Below, one piece after another: positions 1 to 9,257 of a stretch of DNA of 64,000 nt. The notes below the pieces were generated by a model. The model did no database searches, was not told the DNA's origin, and saw only the letters and a list, made by a program, of their open reading frames with translations. This DNA is from Thecamonas trahens ATCC 50062 (taxonomy: Eukaryota; Protista; Apusomonadida), in contig NW_013657677.1 of NCBI RefSeq assembly GCF_000142905.1, positions 609,527 to 673,526 of the forward strand. Reading direction: 5' to 3'. Position 1 is the stretch's first letter. Each line of letters begins with the position of its first letter. Both the position numbers and the translations under genes were made by a program.

Positions 1-2732
1 TCGAGGTAAGCGAGAAAGGCGGCGCGGGTGAGCGTGTCAAAGCCAAGCAAGGCAAAGATGGCATGAAAGCCGAGCGGAAACGGTGCTTGAAGCTCTTCGA
101 TGGCGCAGTAGAGGGTCTCGAGGAGCGCAAAGTGGGCGGATTTGGGCAGCGAGGCGCTCGCGACGGCGTCGTTGACAGCGGCAAAGAGGGTTGCGCACGC
201 GGTGACCAGCGCGGTCTGGTACTCGGCGGCCCAGCGAGCGCACGACGACCGGAGCGTTTTGGCCGCCGACTCTTGCAAGTGGTCGACGAGGACGGCGAGG
301 TGCCGGCCCGACGACCAGTCCAGCGGGAACCGGCCTGCGGGAAGCGCTGTGTTGTGCGGACGTGACCGGATGGCCTTTTTGGCGAGCGCCGGGAATGACG
401 ACGTCCGCTTGGCCCGCTTGGCCTCGGCCTTGTCCTCCATGTTGAACAGCTTGAGGAAGAGGCGCTTGACGCCTGATGGCGACGGAGCGGTTGGCGAGCC
501 AGACGGTGAGCCGGCCGGCGAGCCTGCGCGGGCGCGGGCAGAGCCGTCACCGTCGTCGTCGTACAGCACAACGTCCGAGAGCGCAAAGCGGCGCGGGATG
601 GGGGCGACCGGGGCGCCGGAGCGGGCAAACGAGCCGGTTCCGGCCGCAAGCCGCGCATAGTTGTAGCTAGTGAGTGGTCGCGAGAGGCTGCGTGAGGCGT
701 ACAAGTCACGCTCGTCGTGTGCCAGCAGCGGCGTGCACGAGAGCGGCATGGTGGCAAGCAGGTGCGGCGACATGCCGCAGGCGCGGAGAGCGGCGTATGC
801 CGAGCCGATGATAAACTCTTTGAAGAGCGCCGGCGCGACGAGGCCTGGCGACGACGCGCACATGGCAGAGAGGAGCGATGCCGCCAGCCGTGCGTCCTCC
901 ATGTGGACAAGGATGAGGTGGAGGGCGTGGACGTGCGACTCGACAGCCGGGCGGGCAAAGAGAGCAGCAAGGCCGGCTGGGTCGATGTGGATGGTAAAGG
1001 CGAGGCCCGAGAGCAGGTCGAGCGAGGTTGACGGCGAGTCGGCCGGGAGCGCGGCGAGCATAGCAAAGTTGAGAGCGAGGAGGTCCGGGTGGGCGGCGGA
1101 GAGGGCGCGGGCGGGTAGGCCCGGCACAAGGCTTGGATCGGCGAGGACAAGCGAGCGCATGGTGGCATGCGCCGTCCCGCAGTCGATGATGTGAAGGTAG
1201 TAGTCGGGAATGAAGATGACGAGGACGTCGGCGACCGGCGCTACCGAGGCCCAGTTGACAGCCGAGCTTGTGGTGAGACCGCGGACGTCGAGCGAGTCGC
1301 CGAGCGACGGCTGGGCAACGTTGTGCATGGGAATGGTAAAGTTGTACAGCTCGGCGTAGGCGAGGAGCGTCACCGATACCTGGATGTGCGGGAGCGAGGA
1401 GACCGTTCTCCGGACATACTGCTGCTGGACGAGGACCTTGTCGCCGGACGGGAGAGTGACGAGCGAGATGAGCGGATCGGCAATGGGCAGGTGCGGGAGA
1501 AGCGCGAGCGGGAGGTACGCATGTGCGGCTGGAGGATCGAGCGCGCGGGTGGCAAGGAGCGGGAGGGGAAACTCGGCGAAGCAGTCGGGCCGCCGCTCGT
1601 TGAACGCGTAGCCGCGGAGTACGTGACCGGCGTCCGGTGCCTTGGGACGTGTCACAATGACGTAAAGGTGGCCCGACTCCACGTCCCATTGATACCAGAG
1701 AAAGTGCTTGAACAGCTGGGTCTGGAGCATGGGCTGGGCGAAGATTTTGAAACCCGGCGCGCGGTCGCGCTTCTTCATGGCAATCTGGTAGAGGTGGATA
1801 AAGACGTTGTCGAGAATAAAGACAAAGAATGAGGTCCGCGTACGTGACGAGACTTTGTCGACCGGGCAGAACTGGACGCGCTGAAACTCGCGCGAGATGA
1901 CGTTGAGCGAGTAGCAGTTGGACTGCGGGTGGATCTCGACCAGCCACGACTCGTACTCGTTCTCGGTAATGCTGCTCTCGAGCCCGTTCTCGCCCACCGT
2001 CGCCACGCCAGTGTCGCGGCGAGTGAGGGTCGAGAATCCAAGTAGCGTCCGATCGTTGTTGATGGACGCACCCACAACCGTCGTCAGTCCGTTGTGGGTG
2101 TAGAGTACCTCGCACTTGCCGGTCGCCACCTCGTACGAGTGGATGAACGTTCGCCGCGCAGCCTCGGCCTCGTCCATCGAGCACCGGCCTTGCTCCGAGA
2201 CAGCAGCCACAAATCGGGCGTCCATCCCATCTGTCGCCACCAGGAGCACGCCGTCGCCGGTCTGGCCGACCACAAACATGGTCGGCAGCGGCGGGAGAGA
2301 TGCACGCCCAGCAGGGCCAGCTCCGCCGCCAAGACCATCGCCATCGCCTCCTTGCCCCTCTCCACCACCACCGCCGCCGCCACCGCCGCCACCAGAGACC
2401 GCCGATACAAAGGCCGAGTCGGACGAAGCACCCGAGGCGCCCGAGACGGAAGCCGCAGCCGTGTGGCTCGGTGACGGCGATGGCGGAGCGTGTGACGATG
2501 ACGTTGACTCTATAAGCCGTTCTTGGGTGGCAGCACCATGATCGAGCTCATCACCACGAGGAGAAGCTCCATGAGTGTGACGATGGGCAATGCCCAAGCC
2601 ATCGGCTGTCTCCTCGCCTGTCTCGAACACGCCCACCACAGACAGAGGTGTGGCCAGAGTATGTGGTGATGTCGTGAGGAGGGCCTGGGCCACTTCTTGG
2701 TGGAGGGAGAACCGGGGTTGGTACCGGAACAT
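1..2732 (-). CDS. GSAP: Gamma-secretase-activating protein (GSAP/pigeon) homolog, 3' end outside window
   Basis: Minus frame from ATG 2732 (MFRYQPRFSLHQEVAQALL) reads open wherever spot-checked and runs off the left edge, so the ORF track omits it. It contains EVLYTH..VVGASINNDRTLL, WLVEIHP and FLWYQWD, in the same order as recalled GSAP motifs ELLYTF..CSVNSERTLL, LLVEIHP and FVWAQWD. Confidence 0.75.
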   Translation of the reverse strand, partial: MFRYQPRFSLHQEVAQALLTTSPHTLATPLSVVGVFETGEETADGLGIAHRHTHGASPRGDELDHGAATQERLIESTSSSHAPPSPSPSHTAAASVSGASGASSDSAFVSAVSGGGGGGGGGGGEGQGGDGDGLGGGAGPAGRASLPPLPTMFVVGQTGDGVLLVATDGMDARFVAAVSEQGRCSMDEAEAARRTFIHSYEVATGKCEVLYTHNGLTTVVGASINNDRTLLGFSTLTRRDTGVATVGENGLESSITENEYESWLVEIHPQSNCYSLNVISREFQRVQFCPVDKVSSRTRTSFFVFILDNVFIHLYQIAMKKRDRAPGFKIFAQPMLQTQLFKHFLWYQWDVESGHLYVIVTRPKAPDAGHVLRGYAFNERRPDCFAEFPLPLLATRALDPPAAHAYLPLALLPHLPIADPLISLVTLPSGDKVLVQQQYVRRTVSSLPHIQVSVTLLAYAELYNFTIPMHNVAQPSLGDSLDVRGLTTSSAVNWASVAPVADVLVIFIPDYYLHIIDCGTAHATMRSLVLADPSLVPGLPARALSAAHPDLLALNFAMLAALPADSPSTSLDLLSGLAFTIHIDPAGLAALFARPAVESHVHALHLILVHMEDARLAASLLSAMCASSPGLVAPALFKEFIIGSAYAALRACGMSPHLLATMPLSCTPLLAHDERDLYASRSLSRPLTSYNYARLAAGTGSFARSGAPVAPIPRRFALSDVVLYDDDGDGSARARAGSPAGSPSGSPTAPSPSGVKRLFLKLFNMEDKAEAKRAKRTSSFPALAKKAIRSRPHNTALPAGRFPLDWSSGRHLAVLVDHLQESAAKTLRSSCARWAAEYQTALVTACATLFAAVNDAVASASLPKSAHFALLETLYCAIEELQAPFPLGFHAIFALLGFDTLTRAAFLAYL

Positions 2733-3468
2733 GGTTGGTAGGGTAGTGGGGGGGGAGGGGGGGGGGGGGGGGAGGGAGGTGAGGTGGTGCAAGGCGGAGG
2801 TGGGCGTGGCGGTGGCGGTGGCGGTGGCGGACGGGCACGAGGTGAAAGACCGACAGCTGGCTCGGCGCCAGTGGAGAGGGCGACGACCAAGTCGGCCGCA
2901 TCTAATCGCGGGCCACCCATCAAGTACGTTGATCATGCTTGCTTGTTGGCTGCATGACCATAGCTCAGCCGAGTGAAGGTGGAATGCCTGGGCGTGTGTG
3001 TGGGGGGGGGGGGGGGGGGGGGGGAGGGGTGAGAGGGGGGTTGCATGGGGTGATGGACAAGCTCATCGCTCCGAGCCGAGGTTAGGTGGCCGGGTGTGAT
3101 GGTAGTCACTGCGGTTGAGCAGGTAAGCACGGTGGGTGATGTCATCATTCATGATGCCTGCCGGCTCGCACATGGCTTGCATCAACAGCATCGATAATGA
3201 GGTCAGTCCAGGTCCGACGTCAGAGGTCGCCTGCGACATCAAAACCCGGACGATTCCTCCCGGACGAGAAGATCCGTTACGTAGCACACATACATCACCA
3301 CTACATCGACAGACAAACACAAGCACACATATCCGCACGTGTGTATCACATCGACAAAGCAAGCCTTTCGCCACACAAGTGAGGAGCTTGACACCGATTA
3401 ATCCCATCGAATCTAAGGACATCGATTAATTACTCGAGTGAGTATTCGAACAGTTCAACTGATTGACT

Positions 3469-3470
<2 letters not shown>

Positions 3471-3503
<33 letters not shown>
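3471..3503. repeat. (TC)n microsatellite upstream of BiP start
   Basis: Direct read of tctctc... run. Confidence 0.95.
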
Positions 3504-3509
<6 letters not shown>

Positions 3510-3575
3510 GTTCTCTGTCTTTCGTTGCCGACATTCAATCATTTTTCATTGACGCACACACGACTCATTTCAAAC

Positions 3576-6183
3576 ATGAAGTCCAACGGTACGTAACCAT
3601 GGCTAGCTGACACTGTGATTGTTACAGTAAGGTCATCTTTGGTGATGTGGTAGCTACATAGATTACCTTGCCTGCTATGTGGTACATGTTTCGTTATTTG
3701 CCATAGTCAAGCTGATAGAGGTGCTCATGTGGTGACCAGCTCGCTTTCTTCTGCCTTCGTGAAGGTTTTTGCCGTTGATCCCTGCCCCCACCAGCGAGAC
3801 ACACAGCGTGCACTCCCGGCCTTGTCCTTACGTGCTCAAGCACATGAGTCATGTCGTTGCTTTGTGTACTACCATCCTAGCCCCCTGTACAATTTCCCCG
3901 CTCTCCATCCAACCATGCTCTCTCTAGCCGTCTTTGCAGCAACTGGTCGTGGTCGTCCTCCCATTGTGCGACCGGTGAACAGCAAATGTGGTCGCTGTGG
4001 TGAGGTCAGCATTCGGGGGGGGGGGGGGGGGGGAGGGGGGAGGGGGCAAGGCGAGCCCAGCCCGGCTCAGCTCAGCTGCAGACATGCAACAAATGGTGAA
4101 TGACATTGCGACTCACAAGACAAGGCAAACAACCATACGATGTGATGGTCGTTTCTGGATCTGATGGGTGTTGGCGGTGTTGGTGGTGGTGGTGGTGGTG
4201 GTGGTGGACAAGACAGTGGCCCTTTTCGTGGGGCTTGTGGCGGTGGCCGTTCTGGCGGCGACGGTGGTCTCGGCTGACGAGCCTGTGGGCACAGTCATTG
4301 GCATCGATCTCGGCACGACGTACTCGTGCGTGGGAGTGTTCAAGAACGGACGTGTGGAGATTCTGACCAACGAGCTGGGCAACCGGATCACGCCGTCGTG
4401 GGTGGCGTTCTCCGAGTCTGGCGAGCGGCTCATCGGCGAGGCGGCCAAGAACCAGGCTGCGCTCAACCCGGAGAACACGATCTACGACGCCAAGCGTCTG
4501 ATCGGGCGGTCGTTTGACGACAAGGACGTCCAGCGCGACCGCAAGCTCCTGCCGTTCAAGATTGTCAACGACGGCGGCCGGCCGAAGATCGAGGTCTCGG
4601 TCAAGGGCGATGTGAAGCGGTTCACGGCCGAGGAGATCTCGGCCATGGTCCTGACCAAGATGAAGCAGGTTGCCGAGGCGTACCTCGGGCACGAGGTCAA
4701 CAACGCAGTGGTCACTGTCCCGGCGTACTTTAACGACGCGCAGCGGCAGGCGACCAAGGACGCCGGCACCATTTCGGGTCTCAACGTCATGCGGATCATC
4801 AACGAGCCGACGGCTGCGGCGATTGCCTACGGTCTCGACAAGACCGGCGCCGAGAAGAACATCCTGGTCTTTGACCTTGGTGGCGGCACCTTTGACGTCT
4901 CGATGCTCACCATCGACAACGGCGTGTTTGAGGTGATGGCGACGAACGGCGACACTCACCTCGGCGGTGAGGACTTTGACCAGCGGGTCATGGCGCACCT
5001 CATCAAGATCTTCAAGAAGAAGACCGGCATTGACCTCAAGGCCGGCAACCACAAGAAGGCGCTCGCCAAGCTCCGCCGCGAGGTCGAGAAGGCCAAGCGT
5101 GCGCTCTCGACAGTCCACCAGACCAAGATCGAGATCGAGGCTCTCGAGGACGGGCAGGACCTGTCGGAGACCCTGACTCGGGCCAAGTTTGAGGAGCTCA
5201 ACATGGACCTGTTCAAGAAGACGCTCGGCCCGGTCAAGAAGGTCCTCAAGGACTCTGGCCTTGCCAAGTCTGAGGTCGACGAGATTGTGCTTGTGGGCGG
5301 TTCGACTCGGATCCCCAAGGTGCAGGAGATGATCAAGAAGGTGTTCAACGGCAAGGAGCCGAACCGCGGGATCAACCCCGACGAGGCTGTGGCCTACGGC
5401 GCCGCCGTCCAGGGCGGTGTGCTCTCGGACGAGGAGGGTACCGGCGACGTGGTCCTCCTTGACATGACTCCGCTCTCGCTCGGCATCGAGACCGTCGGCG
5501 GCGTCATGACCAACATCATCGACCGCAACACCGTGGTCCCGACCAAGAAGTCCCGCGTCTTCTCGACGTACCAGGACAACCAGGAGCAGGTTGACATCCA
5601 GGTGTACGAGGGCGAGCGTGGCATGACCAAGGACAACCACCTGCTCGGCTCGTTTGTGCTGTCGGGCATTGCGCCCGCGCCGCGCGGCGTGCCGCAGATC
5701 GAGGTCCAGTTTGAGGTCGACGTCAACGGCATCCTCCGCGTTACCGCCGAGGACAAGGGCTCTGGCAACTCGGAGGAGATCACCATCACCTCGGAGACCG
5801 GCCGCCTCTCCGAGGAGGAGATCCAGCGTATGCTCGAGGAGGCTGAGCAGTTTGCCGAGGAGGACCGCGCCGCCACCGAGCGCATCCAGGCCCGCAACTC
5901 GCTCGAGTCGTACGCCTACTCGCTCCGCTCGCAGATCGACGACCCCGAGAAGCTCGCCGACAAGCTCGATGAGAGCGAGATCGAGGAGATCCGCGACGCC
6001 GTCAACGTCGCCGTCGAGTGGCTCGACGACAACCCCGAGGCTGACAAGGAGGACTACGACGAGCAGCGCGAGGCTCTCGAGGCCGTCGCCAACCCCATCA
6101 TCTCCAAGCTGTACGAGGGCGGTGCCCCGGGCGCTGGCGGTGACGACTTTGACGAGGACTTTGACGACCACGACGAGCTCTAG
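3576..6183 (+). CDS. HSPA5: ER HSP70 chaperone BiP/GRP78; exons 3576-3588 and 4217-6183
   Basis: [24 protein letters not shown] and [12 protein letters not shown] motifs plus C-terminal HDEL. A phase-1 intron GTACGT(3589)..ACAG(4216) gives the signal peptide [24 protein letters not shown]. Confidence 0.97.
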
Positions 6184-6248
6184 TTGAGGTCTGGTGAAGA
6201 AATGAACTCTGCACTGTCACAGCCGCTGCCGCTCTGCGCTCACCTGTC

Positions 6249-7331
6249 ATGCCACGCCACCACACGCCTCGCCGAACAAATGCTTCGATTGAAGAACTTT
6301 GCGACCGTCGCCTTCCACACGTCCGTCGCCAACGCGTTTGCCCCGCGGCCATGGCGTGCATCCCGGCCACTGCCGCAGCCAGCTGGTACTCGACAACTCG
6401 GCCACCTGCTTCTCCGCAGGTTGTTCAGCGCGTTGATGACTTGCGCAAAGTGGTCAACGAGCTCGACCGTCCGCTGGGCTTTGTCCCCACCATGGGCGCG
6501 CTGCACGACGGCCACCTCTCGCTCGTTACTGCTGCCGGCGAGGCCTGCAACTCGGTGGTTGTCTCGATCTTTGTCAATCCGACTCAGTTCTCAGAGACCG
6601 AAGACTTTAGCGCATATCCGCGGACGCTCGACGGTGATCTAGAGGCGCTCGAGAGGAACGGCGTGCCTGTGGACGTGGTGTGGGCGCCGACGGTCGATGA
6701 CATGTACCCACACCTCGGCTCAGTGCAAGAGTCCGGCCGACTGCCAAGCCTGGCGACTCGCGGTGGGACGCTGGTGCGGACGGAGGGTGTGTCTGATGGG
6801 CTGGAAGCTGCGTCACGGCCGCACTTTTTCGACGGTGTCTGCACTGTTGTTACCAAGCTGATCAACGCCGTGAGCCCGGACGCCATGTTTCTCGGTCAGA
6901 AGGACGCCCAGCAGTGCGCAGTCCTCCGCAAGATGAGTCGCGATCTGCTCCTCCCACTGGAGGTGGTGGTTGTGCCGACTGTGCGTGAGCCGTCCGGCCT
7001 CGCCCTCTCGTCGCGCAACGCGTACCTGACCGACGACGAGCGAGCGTCTGCCGCTGCCATTTACCAAGCGCTCGAGCATACGCGCGCAGCGCACGCTGCC
7101 GCACCCGACAAGCTCACGCCGTCGGCGATCCGCGAAGACGTCGCTGCACGCATCACTGCGGCCGGTGGTGAGCTCGACTACGTCGCAGCCTCGGATCCGG
7201 AAACGCTGCAGGATCTAGACTGCAACACGCCGGTGGAGAGAGCGCTTGTCTCGGTGGCGGTGTACTGGGGTGAGTCGCGAACGCGGCTGATTGACAACAT
7301 GCACTTTAGCGCAGAGCAAAGTACGGGCTGA
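6249..7331 (+). CDS. panC: Pantoate-beta-alanine ligase (pantothenate synthetase); true start uncertain
   Basis: FVPTMGALHDGH, SIFVNPTQF, RPHFFDGVCTVV, GQKDAQQ, GLALSSRNAYL, RLIDN. Confidence 0.95.
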   Translation: MPRHHTPRRTNASIEELCDRRLPHVRRQRVCPAAMACIPATAAASWYSTTRPPASPQVVQRVDDLRKVVNELDRPLGFVPTMGALHDGHLSLVTAAGEACNSVVVSIFVNPTQFSETEDFSAYPRTLDGDLEALERNGVPVDVVWAPTVDDMYPHLGSVQESGRLPSLATRGGTLVRTEGVSDGLEAASRPHFFDGVCTVVTKLINAVSPDAMFLGQKDAQQCAVLRKMSRDLLLPLEVVVVPTVREPSGLALSSRNAYLTDDERASAAAIYQALEHTRAAHAAAPDKLTPSAIREDVAARITAAGGELDYVAASDPETLQDLDCNTPVERALVSVAVYWGESRTRLIDNMHFSAEQSTG

Positions 7332-7371
7332 GGCTCGCTGAGCGTGAGGCAAGACGGCTTGGCGAGCAGTG

Positions 7372-8781
7372 CTACAGCTTGAGGAACCACTGCCTGCGAT
7401 ACATGATCCACGCCACCAGCCACCAGAGCGCGAGGACGGCACCTGCCATGGCCGACGACGCCAACGACGGTGACATCCAGGACGCAAAGGCCTTGACATA
7501 CAACCAGTGCCAGAGCGAGACGCGCTCGCCGTTGAGCGAGACCTTGACGTTGTCCATCAGCACCAGCTCGAGCTCGAGCATGCCGAGAAAGACGGCAAGC
7601 GGGTTGCATCCGATCCACACCAGCGGCTGGCCCAGCTTGCGCGCGGCGACGACAAGTGGTGCGCGCTGGAAGCCCGGCATGTCCATGGCGGCGTAGAGGC
7701 CCGCAAGGAGGAGCCCGCCGCAGCCGGCGGTCATGAGCGCAAAGTTGACAGTGTACCGCTTTTTGGAGAACTGCATGACCGGGAGGAGGGCAAGCGAGAT
7801 GACGACGGCCATGAGCGAGAGCGCTGCCCAGGCGACAGCCACCATCTTGGCTTGCATGTGGACAAACGACTGTGCATCGCGTGGGAGCATGTGGGCCGGC
7901 GCTCGCGGCGCGTTGACAAGGATGCGCCCCAGCTCGAGGCCAGCAAAGGTGGTGACCGTCGCCGTCAGCGTCGAGGTGAGGCCCTCGGGGTCGTTTGGCC
8001 ACATCATGTTAGAGCGGCCAAAGACCGAGCGGTCGATGTACGCCCCGCCGTTGCAATACGGCGTCAGCTTGCCATCACCGCATCCGTCCGGCACGTCGAC
8101 GGCGTACATGATGACAAGGTAGAGACCGGCGCCGAGGACAACCGCAATGCGCTGGCCAAGCGGTGGGAGCGTGAGGTAGAGGACCGCAACAAGACCGTAG
8201 CAAAGGCCCAGCCGCTGGAGAACGCCCATGATGCGGAGCTTGCCAAACTCAAAGTTGGTTCCCTGCAAGTTGGCGAGGAGGCCGAGGCCAAACAGCGCCA
8301 CACTCCGCCGCGCAACCTTGATCCACACTGCCCGATCCCTGCAGACGCCAACAGGACTCGCGCTCCATGCCGCCCGCTTGAGCGCCATGGCCACCGCCGA
8401 TCCCATGATGAAGAGAAAGAAGGGAAAGATAAAGTCTGCGGTGCCTAGCCCGTTCCACACCGTCTCGTGAAACGGCCACCAGACATGCTGCGGCGAGCCC
8501 TGGTTGTCGATCATCATCATCATCACAATGGTAAAGCCTCGGAAAACATCGAGCGAGAACAATCGAACCTTGCCCACCTTGCCACCGCCACCGCCAACCT
8601 CTCCGCCATCGCCATCTCCGCCTTTGCCATCTCCGCCATCGCCATCTCCGCCATCGCCATACCGCCTGTCATCGATTCCGTTGCCTCTCGCTCTGCCTGC
8701 ACCCAATGCCGCCTTGGTCGGCCTTCCCGAGAGCGAATGTCCAGCTGGTGGTAGAAGCGGTGCTTCTTCGTCAGTCGACAT
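7372..8781 (-). CDS. HGSNAT: Heparan-alpha-glucosaminide N-acetyltransferase-like multi-pass membrane acyltransferase
   Basis: RLFSLDVFRG, HETVWNGLGTADFIFPFFLFIMG, RIMGVLQRL and NDPEGL motifs. Start taken at MSTDEEAPLL, a dileucine-type sorting signal. Confidence 0.88.
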   Translation of the reverse strand: MSTDEEAPLLPPAGHSLSGRPTKAALGAGRARGNGIDDRRYGDGGDGDGGDGKGGDGDGGEVGGGGGKVGKVRLFSLDVFRGFTIVMMMMIDNQGSPQHVWWPFHETVWNGLGTADFIFPFFLFIMGSAVAMALKRAAWSASPVGVCRDRAVWIKVARRSVALFGLGLLANLQGTNFEFGKLRIMGVLQRLGLCYGLVAVLYLTLPPLGQRIAVVLGAGLYLVIMYAVDVPDGCGDGKLTPYCNGGAYIDRSVFGRSNMMWPNDPEGLTSTLTATVTTFAGLELGRILVNAPRAPAHMLPRDAQSFVHMQAKMVAVAWAALSLMAVVISLALLPVMQFSKKRYTVNFALMTAGCGGLLLAGLYAAMDMPGFQRAPLVVAARKLGQPLVWIGCNPLAVFLGMLELELVLMDNVKVSLNGERVSLWHWLYVKAFASWMSPSLASSAMAGAVLALWWLVAWIMYRRQWFLKL

Positions 8782-9257
8782 GATACTTTTCAGTGTGTGG
8801 AGTGCGGTGCGAGGTGAGAGAGCGTGGTAGAGAGCAGAGAGAGGGAGAGAGAGCGGCGGGAGCCGTGCGCCGCCGTTTGGTTGGGAGCGTTTTTTTTCCG
8901 ATGGGGAGATGACCCGGATGTTTTGTAGGTCGTGTAGCGGTGTGGCTGGTGCAGGTGGCTGATACATGGCCTTGTCGCTCTGTTCTTATGGCCTTGTGCA
9001 CATTGATGTTCGTGGGGTGTTGGGGAGAGAGAGGGGGGGGCGGTGTCCATCGTAAGTCGACAGTCTGGGAGGGCATGTGTGGAAAATGTCGTGATCTTTG
9101 AGCTGAACTTTGCTCGTGGCTGATTAACGAGGAGGATGACATCACACACGCAGCACTCGAGCGATGTGGCCATAGGTGGCACGACCTGCACCGTCCGCAG
9201 AGTGGCGTAGATCGCGAGAGAGCCAAAAGCTAGGTGTGGAACCACTATTTCTTTCAA

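Noticed and set aside
4072-6171. 699-aa antisense ORF over BiP, and other long antisense/alternative-frame ORFs such as 40401-41801, 41122-42390 and 706-2184
   Set aside because: Expected by-products of high GC3 codon bias; the HSP70 antisense ORF is a well-known artefact.
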